From positions 23,622,001-23,686,000 of the forward strand of contig NC_135758.1 of assembly GCF_052425735.1 (NCBI RefSeq): a DNA stretch of 64,000 bases, read 5' to 3'. The first letter of the stretch is position 1, and each line of letters opens with the position of its first letter. The notes under the pieces were generated by a model. The model did not search any database. It had not been told where the DNA came from and saw only the letters and a list, made by a program, of their open reading frames with translations. Positions 1 to 13,400 of this stretch are shown here, piece after piece. Both the position numbers and the translations under genes were made by a program. Origin of the DNA: Oculina patagonica (lineage: Eukaryota).

Positions 1-123
1 TCTTTACCGGCTGTTCATAAACTGCCAACCCAAGATCTATTGGTTGTTAAAACAAATGGTTATAATAAATACAATACAATTAGTGAGTCGAGTCGCGAAT
101 CAGCAATACACTGTATTGATACT

Positions 124-1424
124 CCCGGCATAGCAAATCGAGCCCAATCGAACTAAATTTCAATCGAACTCAATCGAACTCAATCGAACTCAGTCCATGG
201 ATTGAGTTCGATTGAGTTCGGCAATCGAACCAAATCGAACTCACCGAAAAGAAAAATATTCAATCGAACTCAATCGAACGTTCGATTTTCGAACTCTTGA
301 TTTTTGTAAAACCGGCGTTGAAAATCTATAACCAGATCTTGGAAGCTCGAGTTACTTCAGCCCGGAGTTTAGCACGTGGTCGCAGAAATGGCTTCAGATA
401 CTCTGTGGGTTGTAAGCTTCAAATGCGTAGTAGAAGGCTACCAGGAATGCCGCTTTGACGTCAAGGATGGCGAAGTTTTCGATGTTTTAAAGAAAATCGG
501 CGAGAAAGGCCGTGCATTCCGAATTGCAAACGAGCGCGGACAATTAGGTCACCTTCAACCCGATTCAACGTGAACTAGTTTCTTCCCTGTGGCCTGTAAA
601 TGCTTCGATAACTTGACAGAAGCTGTTTTTGTGAGATTCAAGAGAACCAGGAACAGATGCCAACGAAATAAACCGAGGTACCAGGGAATTCAATCCGCTC
701 TCTTTTTTGCCACAAAAGACAAGCAGTACAATCATAAGAGCGCGTAGCCTGCGTGGCCGTCGTTCAAAGGGGAAGGAGAAGAGGAGTTCGCGCTCTCTCC
801 TCGCACCTCGCGCTTCGCGCTCGAACTTCCGTTCTCCTTCCCCTTTGAACGCCGGCCACGTAGGCTAAAGAGCGCCGCGGGACAAGATAACCCTTGACAC
901 CCAGGCCAAGAAATCAATCTACACGAACATCTGATCATTTACTTTGATTTTGACCTGAGGAAAAAAAAATTACTGTTGCATTTACTATTTATCCTTTCTA
1001 TCACGACAGTAAGATGTTTTTAAAAAGGAAATGGTGCAATAATTATTGAACACGCAAGCGGGAATAACGATATTTTTGTTCTGTTTTGTTCTGTTCTCAT
1101 AACTGCGGACAGGGGTTTCTGTTATTGAATAACCTGTAAAAATGCGCAAGAAAAACCTGCTTTCGACGGGCTTGCTTTGTATGTATAGGTTTACCAGAGC
1201 CAATCGACCGCAATCCATTTAATTGTGTTCGAGTTAGGTCGGTTACCGAACTCAATCGAACACAATCTGATTGATTGGGTTCGATTGGGTTCGATTTGTT
1301 CGGAAATCGAACTCACTGAAAGTCTGGTGTTCGATTTCGTTCGATTGCCGAACTCAATCGAACTCAATCCATGGATTGAGTTCGATTGAGTTCGATTTTC
1401 GAACGTTCGATTAGCTATGCCGGG
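124..1424. mobile_element. Non-autonomous DNA transposon with CCCGGCATAGC TIRs and subterminal TCAATCGAAC repeats
   Basis: CCCGGCATAGC ... GCTATGCCGGG; 7-bp duplication TGATACT at 117-123 and 1425-1431. Confidence 0.85.
745..867. mobile_element. TAG...CTA MITE with 9-bp TSD, nested in the element above
   Basis: TAGCCTGCGTGGCC ... GGCCACGTAGGCTA; flanks AAGAGCGCG / AAGAGCGCC. Confidence 0.8.
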
Positions 1425-1492
1425 TGATACTACATCATGGCAAAAGAGAACATGAAGTTTTGAAAATACACGCAGAATTGCACTTCACTTAC

Positions 1493-4400
1493 CACTATCT
1501 CGTCAAAGCGACCGAACTCCAATGTCTTGAACCTGTTGATCAAGAAACCAATTGGTTAATCAGTCAAAATCTATAACCAACTTGATACATTATATAAACT
1601 CTTGAGCTACATGTGTGCAAGACTGTCGTTTGCTACCGTACAACAATTACAGTTAGGCGAAACAAAATATTCTGTAAAATGAGCCGAATTGTCCTGATAA
1701 CTAACACTGCTCTAACACTGCTGGTGATTTCAGCGCTTTGTACCTCCGACTCCCTTTTAACGAGTACGTTCACCGTTACGATTTCTTTGGATGAAAAATG
1801 GACTATGAATGAATCTGTGACGACATACCTGTCGATAGGGGGTCTGATGTACTCGCAGTAACTGCTCTCCTTTACTTCAGCCAGTTGTCTTACGCACGAT
1901 ACATACGCCAAACGAGACTGGATTTCCGCCATGTCAGGAATCTGAAAATGCATGTAAAAGGATTTTTTCAAGACCCTTTTTAGAAGACCCTCAGCGTGTT
2001 CTATTGGAAATCCGCGAATCTGATTGGTTCTCCTATTGTTTTCTTTTCGCTGTCAGAACAAGCGCGAGTTGCTCTAAAAAGGGAAAGTATTCTTTATTTT
2101 GTTTGGACTGCAATCCAGTAGAGTTTCTACCAAGACAATTAGACTAGCCGCCCTTGTTTTCTTTAAGCCATAGTCGACTTAGCTGCGCCTCACTGACTAT
2201 TGTTCATAGAAAACTCGGGCTCGATGAACAATTTTTATTCTAAAAAGAGAGCTGCTAGTCTTGAGTCTCTCCACAGAACAACATTACGGTGTAACTAACA
2301 ACTGTCCAAAACATGTATGTCTGATAAAACCACTTCTTACCTTGACGGTTTCAGCAAAAGGATTCCACTTGTTCCACAGTAGCCACCAGCCTGACAATTG
2401 GTCGCCATAGTTCGTGAGGTCGTCGGGATCCTCCGACCCTACATCGATTGCTATGATCGTCTGAGCGCCCATAGTCTTCATGACATCCGCTAAAAAACAC
2501 ATGCAGAATTTTCAAAACGGGAAATGATGTAGCTAAAACATTTCAATAAACACTGAAATTGCAGTCAGGAATATTCATAACTCAAATATTTGTCAAATAT
2601 AGTCAGTGAGAGACAAATATTTGAGTTATAAAACATTTCAATACGAAGGTAATTTTTAATTAACGTTCAGCGCTTGGCCGTTTCAGAGTCAAGGGTAAAA
2701 ACAAACTCTTCCAACTTGTCCAGTAAATGTATAGAAATATGAAATGTATAGAAAAATGTTAAAAGAATTTGCGTGTTGACACTTGTTGTATTGTTACCTA
2801 ATTGAACAAGAAAAATTATACCAGTTGAGTCATGACGGCCAATGAAAATACCCCCTCGATTTCACGAAAGGTTACGATACAAGATAACACTCACTCACCA
2901 GGTAAATTATTGACGTATCCACCGTCCAATAACAGATGTCCATCCTTGGGGTCACACAGTGGAGGCAGATAACCTGACAGGGACATACTAGCACGGACAT
3001 AACGCCATAAGCAACCTACAAAGGGAATCATGTGTTAGTTATGAGTAATATATGTGGGTCCTTTTTTCATCGACGATTTTTGCAGTCGCACAATTTTTTT
3101 TTTATTTTTAACCAATAATGTACAGGATTTTCCGGAATATCAGTGGTAAAAGGTGTTTAATTTTCAAAGATAATTTTTAAAGTAGTATTTTGACAGGTCT
3201 GCATACGCGCTTTGGGTAGCCCGTCTTAATCTTGATCAGTCGAAACCATCGTTGTTTATTTTCGGCTTTTTACTTCTCCATTGCTGTTTTTCTACGTCTG
3301 AAAGTAATCACAAAAATAACTTAAGTACACATCTTACCGTCGGTGTGCACTCTCATTCTTGATGACGTAATGTCAGTGGTGATGCAAAAGTAAGGCAACA
3401 AGAGATCCTGTACGAAAAAGAAAAACACCAATTGGTTTTTAATCATTAACGTGGCAGTAGAATCACTAGCCCGCGTCGCTGGCGGGATTCGCGACCGAGT
3501 TTTATGGACTAGCATCCAGACGAGAGGAAGTGCCAATACTTCTAGTCGCTTCATGTTACAGAAACCGTGAAGACTCACCCCCCACCCCGCCCCATTTTTA
3601 ATTGGTAGTTTTAGACTCGTGTATGGTGGCTCCCGAAAATGTACTACACGCAGTTTTAGTTTTTATACAAGCGCACTTACTAGAATGGTTACTAATTTTC
3701 AAGTCCTTAATCACGATTAACAATACTAGAATGCGGAAGTATAGTGTACCTCTATCTGTCGCTCTCCGAATGTACTTCTTATACTTGCGTTAAAGCCACT
3801 TCCTGCATAAGAGAGAAATAGTTCATTTTTTAATAAACTTTATTATTACAAAGGCAACAGAAAAATACCAAAGAAAAAGATAAATAATCGAAATAGTTCA
3901 TGTCTGAGCAATTTAAGTCACGTCTTAGTTTACAAGTTTACAGTCAAAGAAATGAGCTACAAAACCAATCTTACCAGAAAACATTGACGTGAATGGATAA
4001 GTCAGATCCAGGATCTTCTTAAAGATTGAATTCATGTCCTACAAATGGCAAAGAAACTTTTAGATCGGCTTGAAACAAGTTCTGCTTTCGGTAAATCCTC
4101 GTTGGATCACCCGAAGATTCTCCGATTGTTACCGCCAATCAAAATTAGCACGAGCATTCCGAAAAGTTGACGCGTCAGTCTGACGTCAGCAGCCATGTCG
4201 TGCTACCAAGCAACATCATTGGTGGTGCGGGCTCAAATAATTTTCAGGAACAGGAATTCGAACGACCCTGAGTGCTTTTAGAAATCCCATGCCAGTTTAA
4301 AAATACAACAAATATTTGCCAAACGGTGCTACTGCGAGGTAAAAAAACACATTCCTTTTAACCATTTGGGAGGCACTGTGGCCGAGTGGTTAGGGTGCCG

Positions 4401-7400
4401 GACTTGAAGTCCGAAGTTGCCGGGTTCAGGTCCCTCTCTAACCACCAGCTGGAGTTGTTTCTCAGATCCTAGTTCAACTCCTCGGTCGTGCTTGTAAGTA
4501 GCCAACTGGTCAGTCTGCTTCAGGCCAATTGGGATTTTAAAGCTCGTTATGTTTATTTGAAATATTGGTTTGAGTGGCATGCTTAGAAACTAGCTTGGTG
4601 TAGCTTAATGCATTGGCCACTATAAACAACATATATTCATTTTATCTGATTTACTTTTTTTTACCCATAAAAGACACGCCCGACTTAACAAAATCACTTC
4701 TTGTAGAGTGAAGAAATGATCCACGCAGTGAATTGTAATTAAAGAAAATTGCAAAGAAAGAAATTAGAAAAAAATTCTGGCTTCAAAGGGATTCGAACCC
4801 GTGACGTCCGCGATACCGGTGTGATGCTCTACCAACTGAGCTATTGAAGCCACACATTGGGGGCGAGGTGAGTTGCAATTCACTGCGAGGATCATTTCTT
4901 CACTTAACATCTCATCCGCAGTTCACATATATGAATTATTTCATATACTGTACGCCAAAATCATTTCCTGTAACAGCCCATTATTAGGTGCACTGACTCG
5001 TATGACAAGCTCTTACCAGCGACCACTCTCGGACCTTCTGACACATTTTGCTGACGTCACCAGACTCGGCGTATGCTGCGCCAACAAACGATCCCATGCT
5101 GGTGCCGCCAACCATGTCCACAGGAATACCTACAAACAAATCATTACCACACGTGTTCACGAACATCAAGTAACCAATATCTCATCTGTAAAATGAGACT
5201 CAAGTACTTTTTATGCCACTTCAAAGGCGGTTTTGTCATTCAAAGTTTGGTACTGTTCTGCTTCTTGACTGAAATGCGTCGCATAGCAGATAATTTGAAA
5301 AACGTCCAAAAAGAAAAAGTACGACAATTTAAACCCTTTGGAAAAAATGTCTATTATGATAATTCGTCCGCCACTTTCAGGACAACGGGTACTGTTGTGA
5401 CCTTAGTGATCAGAGCGTCTAAAGAAAATGTTGTGCTGTGTCAGCGGTCGAGTCTTCGTCGGAGCAAAAGGGCGCCGAAGAAGGGCTTACGCTCGAAACC
5501 GCATTAGCCTTTTACGAATTCGCTACGGCGGTTTATTTACCTGCAGAAGGTCAAAATCAACTTAGTATTGTAGTGACCTGTCGTCTATTTCATAAAGACC
5601 TAATGCTGTGCCAAGGTGAAAGTCCCGAATGAAGGCACCCAAGATACTTTGGTAATGTAATGGGTAAACGGTCTAATTTCTACGGAAAATTTAATTTATC
5701 CTTGCAAAACCCAAACCAACATACAAAATAACGATTAATAAACACTTTCTTTTAGTCAGGTAGAACTGAACTGCTATCTCTGTAGAAAGAACTGCTTCGT
5801 TTGACTAGAATGGCAAAAAGAAACTTCAACACACCTGCCTCTTCCAGTGCTTTGATGACTCCAACATGAGATAAGCCCCTAAAATATAACAAAACCATTG
5901 AGAATACTTTCCATGCAGAGTCCTCGAGAGGCAAAAAAATGTGTGTCATGGGATATTCGCGCAGTCAAAAGGAGACAAAAAAGTTATAAACATTCAAAAA
6001 AACCGGTTTTACCTGGCCCCACCTCCTCCTAGAATCAATCCAATAGACGTTCCCGTCAGTCTTCGGGCGAGACGTAAGAAGTCGGATTTCCTGAAAGAAT
6101 TAATGTTATTAAAAAAAAAACCTTATTCATTTCTACTAAATTACCGGAAAGTAAGAGGAACGGAGATGCGCGATTTATTGACGTGGTCGTTGGACGCAGT
6201 GTAGTAAATCACATATCACCATGCTATCTGAAAATAACTGGCTGATACCCCACAAGGGCAATGTCAACAAATGGTTTTGTTTAGTGGCCCAATATTGTTA
6301 AAAATTGCCTCTGTAGAAAAAGGGTCGAAAAAATGTCAAAGTGCGATACGGAATTTGCACTGGCTATAGCCTGACAGTGACATTGAAATGTTCTGTAGCT
6401 TATTTCCACTTTATATACTCTTTTTTGCAAACAAATCCCGCCAAAATGCCTCGCCGATCCCAACTTTAGCAGATTTGGTTATTGATAGGCGATGTAAGAG
6501 ATATTTACCCGAAATAACAAAAAAAAAAACAAAAAAAACAGGTAAGTAAATGTAATATCAATGGAGTCAGAGAATTCACTTACTTGTCTGGTTGAGGATA
6601 TGCTGCAGGGTTTTGTGCGTACTATAAAGAAATGGAACGAGAGTTAGTCTATTATACACAAACCCCCAAAAAATGAACTATTCATCCCAGGGTTGGAGGG
6701 AAGCTATATAGGTATGTGTCGCTGTGAAGGGTATGGTTTTCAAGCAGTTTTAGTCTGGGATAGGGTATAGAAATCAACGAGTTCGGTCTACAATAGGGTG
6801 TAATTTACCTGGAAACTGTTAAGTGGTAAAAAGGATCTAGTCTTGACTAACAACTGACACTTGGAATTGAAAAAAAAAGTGGAAATGCAGATATTACAAC
6901 AATTTTAGAAGGAACTGATTACGATAGAGATGGGGTTTTCTGGAGAAAAGCAAGTCTGCAGGGGTAGAGTAGGGAGGTTTTTCTAAAATAGGGTTACATC
7001 AAATACAGTGGAACCCCGATATAACGATATGCCAAGGGAGCAGTAAAATTATATCGTTATATCGAGGAATCGTTATATCGAAACTCCCGATAAAACGATA
7101 TGGCCGTAACATAACCGAAAATATCGTTATATCGGGGTAAACCTAAAAAGTACTTTTTAGTGCATGTTAAAGGAGGATAAGGAGGGTAAAGTTGATAAAG
7201 AGGCTTAGGACACAGTATCATTTTCGTATATCATCGTGCAAGTCTGTTTACAGAAACGTTAGAGATTACTCGATTACTGTAATGTTATTGCATTAAATTC
7301 GATGTTTTGTGACCGTGTACTAATAATATCGTTATATCGGGAAAGATTTTACATTCGGTCTGCTAAATTCGCATCGTTATATCGGGAATATCGTTATATC

Positions 7401-10400
7401 GAAGATTGTTATATCGGGGTTCCGTCCCATACATTTTACTGTAAAATTTGCCGGGACATAGAATATTTATCGTTATATCGGGAATATCGTTATATCGAAG
7501 ATCGTTATATCGGGGTTCCACTGTACATCGAACATGGTCAATAATGGGGTAAGGGTTCAGACTCCCAGCGACACAACCCCAACCAAAATTCTCAAAGTAC
7601 TCCCCTGAGTCTTAATCGATATTCCAATACATTTTGACTAAATGGGTACTCCTGACACTAATATTTCAATATTCCTACCTTTTCAGACAAAGAGCGTCGT
7701 CCAAAAATTTTCTTAGCGCATCGAACCTTTAGTTAAAATAAATAAAATAATAATAACAAGATTAAACAATCAGAGCCGGACTCAGATGATCCCTAACCAC
7801 CACCATTGGACGTCGTCTGTCCTCCTACAGATGATTTGCATGAAGTGATGTGATAGGTCCCGTGCCATTTACACTGATTGTGTTACGTGCAAAGACAAGT
7901 CATGTTCAACAATTTGTTTGTTTTCTTTACAGATCGTAATGTTGCAGTCGGGTTCTTAAGCAATCTGAGCAAAAGCACATCTCTCAATCAAGATCAGGCA
8001 TTGAATCGAAAATCGGCAGAGATTTCTAAGTAAGTTTACATATATCTGAAAATAAATAAAATCAAAAAAATGAAGTGATTTCTAGTATAAGTCGTTCCAA
8101 CCTTATTTTTAAAGCCCTTTCTCTTTATTTCTCGAGGGATGAACAGATAGTGCACTGATAAAACTGTCCAACTGCAGATGATTTGCATGAATTAATGTGC
8201 TACATCACGCGCAAGGGCCAGTGCGAGGCGTTTATAGACTTTATAAAATGAAATCTTACATGATGATGAGCACAGATCCAGCCCCGTGCGTTCAGCCAAT
8301 CCACAGTGTGTGAAATACGGAAGCCTTTGGCGGCGTCTTCACGGTGTAAGAGAATGAGCTCCTTCTGGGAGCGGACACCAATATTCTCAAGCTGCTTCTC
8401 CAACTGGAAAAAAGTCACCACTGAGTACACGATACCAGTATTATGAAGACTTAAACTTGTTTAAAAACGGATCGCTTGTTTACGGTATTGGTAGGGCTGG
8501 TAACAAGATCTGGCTAACAAAGGAGAGGATTTCGCAACGCACATTGTGCTTTGTTTTCTTGACTGGGTGATAAGGTTCAAAATGATAAAAAAATCTGACC
8601 TTCGGCTTCTATGCAATAAGAAATACAAGTAAAAATAGCCCCATCCCCTGCCCCCCCCCCCTCCCCCCAAAAAACAAAGAAGAAGAAGAAGAAAAAAAAG
8701 CGAAATACTACATTTTACCTGGCCAACTGCAGGACTGCCGTCTGCGACACCAACAATAACAATGCTGTCCGCCTGAAATGGAGAAAGAAGTTATAAATAA
8801 GAAAATTCAAAAATCGAATTCAAAGAAACTCAATATGTTCGACTTCCTAACACAATCGATCTAAATGCACAGGATTAACACTGCTTTCGAGTAAATGGTT
8901 GCAAGCTACCCGACGCTGATCTTCATTTAAGTGGCAAAGAACGATACGCTTGAATTTATTAACTTGGTTAAGCAGAGACGGGCAAAAAACACCTCATAAC
9001 CTTGCGGTAAACGTGGGAGGAATGGCGCTGAAGCCATCACATGTTTAGGCTGAACAAAACGTTTAAAACAATGACCTACTTAAGTATCTTGAACCAATCT
9101 TACTTCAACTGAACAAATGAAAAACAAATACACAAACTTTAAAGATGAATTCCAGTCCGTACTGCGCAATCTCGGCTGCAATGTTTATGTGAGCCCACCA
9201 CGAACGAATGTTTACAAGCAAAACTAAAAATTCCGCGACAAACTTACCTTTTTTTTTTTCATTATTAACGCCAGATATCCTTACAGAACAAATAATAACG
9301 AGTAGAGGAACCTTGACGCTATTTCAAACCGACGTTTCAGCTCATCGGAAGTTCTTGAACCAAACGAACTGTAATGGCGGACTAAAAAACTTGTATGCTG
9401 TCACCGAAGTGTAACGTTTCAACGAATTCAAAACAAAAACGAAAACAAACCCCGAGTCTGCGCAGTACGGACTGGAAATCAGCTTTAAGTGATTCATCGA
9501 ATATAGTTTCTTTAAATCTAAACTTAGTGTTAATATTCATACATGTCTAATACATCGTTTTGTCCAGGCAGACATAAAAGCATCAGCTTGATACAATACA
9601 ATACGATGAAGGTCTTCCTGTTGACCCAGCCAGCTGGACAGACGGTACTCGTTCATACTATAAACAGAAAACAGCAAAATTGATTACTTTAACAGAAACA
9701 GTCGTGAAAAGCCAGAATGTAAGAATATAACATAGTCAAGAGAAAAATACGATTATAAGCGATTATAATTATAAGCGTTTAACACACAGAACGACGCCAT
9801 CTTGGATATCAAAATGTTAAAATATCAACAAAACAAAAGATAACAACTGCACAGACATGAACAAATACCAAGCAACCTGGAAAAGGAAAAAAATTCCACA
9901 AAGGTACGTTAAGTGATTCTATACGATTCTTTAGAAGCCCTCGTCGCACGATATGCGGACATACGAAAACAAAGCAACAACAACTAGATACCTGTCCATT
10001 GCAGAGCTACCAAGCTTGCTTCGGACTAACGAGCTGGTCAGCAAAAGAGTGGGACCTGGGAACCAGAATGAAAAGGCACAATCAACAGTCGAGTGCGAAT
10101 ATGTTGGAAGATCAGCAATCTAAATCAGTTTGGGGAATACACAATTTTACATAAAAATGGCACGTTATGCACAGCGCACGCCACTCATTTGCAACACTGG
10201 ATTCCCGGATTATGTCACATATTTCTGCATAAAAACCAAGTTGGTTTCTACGCGGCCCATTTCTCCGCTACGAAAATGTAAAACTGTTTAATTCACACAA
10301 TCTTAACAAACTACCTGCAGTTTTAACTGCTTTTTTCTTAACGCTTAAAATTTATACCCTGTTAAAAAGAGCTGCTCGAACTTCTCTTTCCTTTTATCCT

Positions 10401-13400
10401 TTCTTAAACGCTTTGTGGACTAACATCCATACACGGGCAGTAGCAAGCCTCCACGTGAGTTGTAAATGCTTTAGAAACCGGAGAGAAGCAGGAAAACGCC
10501 AGAACTGATAAGTCATAAAACAGGCGTTTGCTTTTATGTGACTTGAAGTCAGACAGTAATCTATGCTACTCACCGATAGTGTGAAGTGCTAAGCTGAGTT
10601 CAAATGAGAAGTTAGAGATAGGCACATCTTCTGACGCGGGGATTATAGCCACTGTACCGAGATTAGAGCCTCCAAATATCTGATTATCAACCGGTCTGTG
10701 ATTTTCTGTGCAGTAAACATAGAATTACATGTAAGTTGAACAAGTCTTTATAGAAAGGAAAGCTAAGAAAACAAATCTTAACATCGCTTTCCTTAACAAT
10801 TGTACACATTGAAAACAACAAAAACAACAACAACAACAACAACGATCGAACTGACACAAAATAGATAGCAGTTTTCCGGAACAATTCTACATGCTGCTGC
10901 TGATGAAGCGGTTTCAGGAAATGTGCGTCACAAGCTATTTGAGTTTAAAGTATAAATGAAGGGAAGAAGACTTTATCTCTATACCGAGTAATGTTTCGCT
11001 TCTTGTGTGACTTCTCCTGTACTGTCCTAGAAGTCTTTCGCCAAGCAGATGGATCAGACGTGTAACAACCTGTTGAAAACGAAACAAAACAATCAAACTT
11101 TTAATCACAAAGCAAAAAACTTACTTAGGAAGCCTGAACTGTCTCCTCGTCAAACGATGCTTTAAAATATCGAAACAGCACAAAACTGACGTCTAAGAAC
11201 AAACAGAAATCCGGAACTGGTTTTACATGGTTCTAAGTTTTAAATGTAACAATTCTTTCACAATAAAAGTATTGTTAAATAAATTAAGAAATATTCATCC
11301 TGTTCTATAAAATAACACAATCACCACGTTATAGCCTCGACTATACCTGAGGAAAATGTCTCTTGATTGTGTTAAGCAGACCATCTGGAAGAACCGCCAG
11401 TTCGGTGTCCCTGCGTATGGTAAAAATGTTTTGCTTATAAACATGCTGAGTTTCAAATCTTGAACAGCAGCCATCCCTTCCCTAATCGTCTTTCAAAGAA
11501 ATAACAGCGTTCTACGTTATACTTTCTTCAAAATTTCTTTTAACGTGTCCTGACCATTCACAGCAGAGATCTTAACTTCTGGGCCAATCACGTGAGAGTT
11601 TGCTTACGTAACTTGTCCTGCGCTGACACAGGGTATATCATTTTCATTTTGTTGTTTTGCTATCAAGTTTGATTGGCTTATTACACTGAAAGCGGCGTCA
11701 GTCTTTCGCTCTGTGACTGCGTAAGACTTAGTAAATTAAAAAGAACGCTCTACAGTGTAAATATAGCAATAACAAACAAACCGAATGGCGTGAACAGTTG
11801 TCGCTCTCGGGGCTTGAGTTAGAACTTCCACCTGAAAAGATGAAACGTCAGGCGGTCAGCATAAAGAAATATCAACAACAAAGTCTGCAATGACAGAATT
11901 AGTTAAACTTTTAAATTAGAATGTAACCCTATGTCATTAAATAATCTGCATCGATAATCACAAAAAGAAAAACAAAAAACCAGAGGTTTGACATTAGTCT
12001 GCATGCTTTTATATGACTCGAATTAAGTGAAACGTTTTGGATGGGATTACCCGACAACTGTAAACAGTCAAACGTTAACTGACAATAGGCGCGTGGTCCA
12101 AGTTGTAGCGGATGCCTTAAGCTTAGATACTTCAAAAACCATTCGCCAAAGTGCTTAATTCTATACCAAGCAATAGACGTACCCCAGCTTTAACTCTACA
12201 GGACAAACAGAACTCTTTTCGCTTCACCAAAAATCTAATCTCGTTTCAAAAGCTTTCGCTCCTGCTAACACCAAATTTACGAGAATGCGCCCTGGGCAAG
12301 AGATTTCATGATATCCAACAAATCATTCACGTGCCTTAATATTACAACACTCACCACTCCCACCAGTTCCCCGCGGCCAGCCTCGCGGTCGAGTTCCTTC
12401 TTGCCATTGCTGAGTGTAACAACTGAACGAAGGCGGCCATTTAGCACAATGTAAATACAGTTGGACTGTTCGCCTTGTCTGAAATGCAACACGAGACTTG
12501 TGTTGACAGCTATCTTTGGAGTTCACAAATCATTCGTCACTTTAGAAACAAGAAACCTGGGGCGAGTTTCCGCTCGCAGTCGCTTGTGGGATCGTTACTG
12601 AGGACAAAACAAAATATGACAAGCTATATTATCCTCCTCAGAAATGGTCTCACAAGCGACTGCGACTTGAGATTCGCCCCAGATTTCTTCTCCTTTCTAA
12701 AGTGGCGAATAGGCTTTCGCGTAGGCTCAAATTCACATGATCACTTCTAAAGCTATTAGACTTTGAAGTGTGTGCCGGAAATTGAAGGACGCGGTTTCAA
12801 AGGAAGTTTGGTTTTCATTTTACCTGTAAACCGCTCTGCCGGCTTCCACGTGCATCCAATCGAGGGCATAGTCGATTTGTCTCAGAAAAGGAGAGAGATG
12901 ACTTATCAGAGAATGGGCCACGTTCAGTATTACTCTGGGCTTATGACGAATAACACTGGAACGAAAGAAAGCAACCAATTAATCAAATAAAGTGATCCAA
13001 CAGTCGGTCGGTCTCTTCTTTCTACAATTTTTATTTGCATTTCATCTGTAAGATGTGGAACAGTCTAGGAAGGTGCTTCCCGCCAAATGGCGATGTTTCG
13101 CTGAAAAATAGACCTTTTTACGTGACATATTTGTATCGTAAAAACCAGAATGAACATTTAACTTGTGAACTTAAAATATCAGGCCAAGAATGTTGTTAAT
13201 TCAAATTTCGCGGATGTAGCTGCGATAGAAAGCGTGAAAATTTGACAGGTTTTTACAGACAAATGGATGGAAAACTATGTGAGTACACACTTTCTATCAT
13301 AGATACATCCCTTACAACTGATCAATAAAACCTTTACCTGATATCAAAGTTTACAATTCATTAATCTGTAGTAATTATTTGACAGCGAATTCCGGTTTTA

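Noticed and set aside
1-40. Next NTE exon at the window edge
   Set aside because: In the required phase 0 it reads ILGWQFMNSR* with no NTE similarity; the gene probably continues outside the window
140-300. CRISPR-like array of TCAATCGAAC repeats
   Set aside because: No unique spacers; these are subterminal repeats of a eukaryotic non-autonomous transposon
4775-4852. tRNA gene on the minus strand
   Set aside because: Has A/B boxes but an irregular cloverleaf and sits inside a dispersed inverted-arm repeat, so it is treated as repeat-derived
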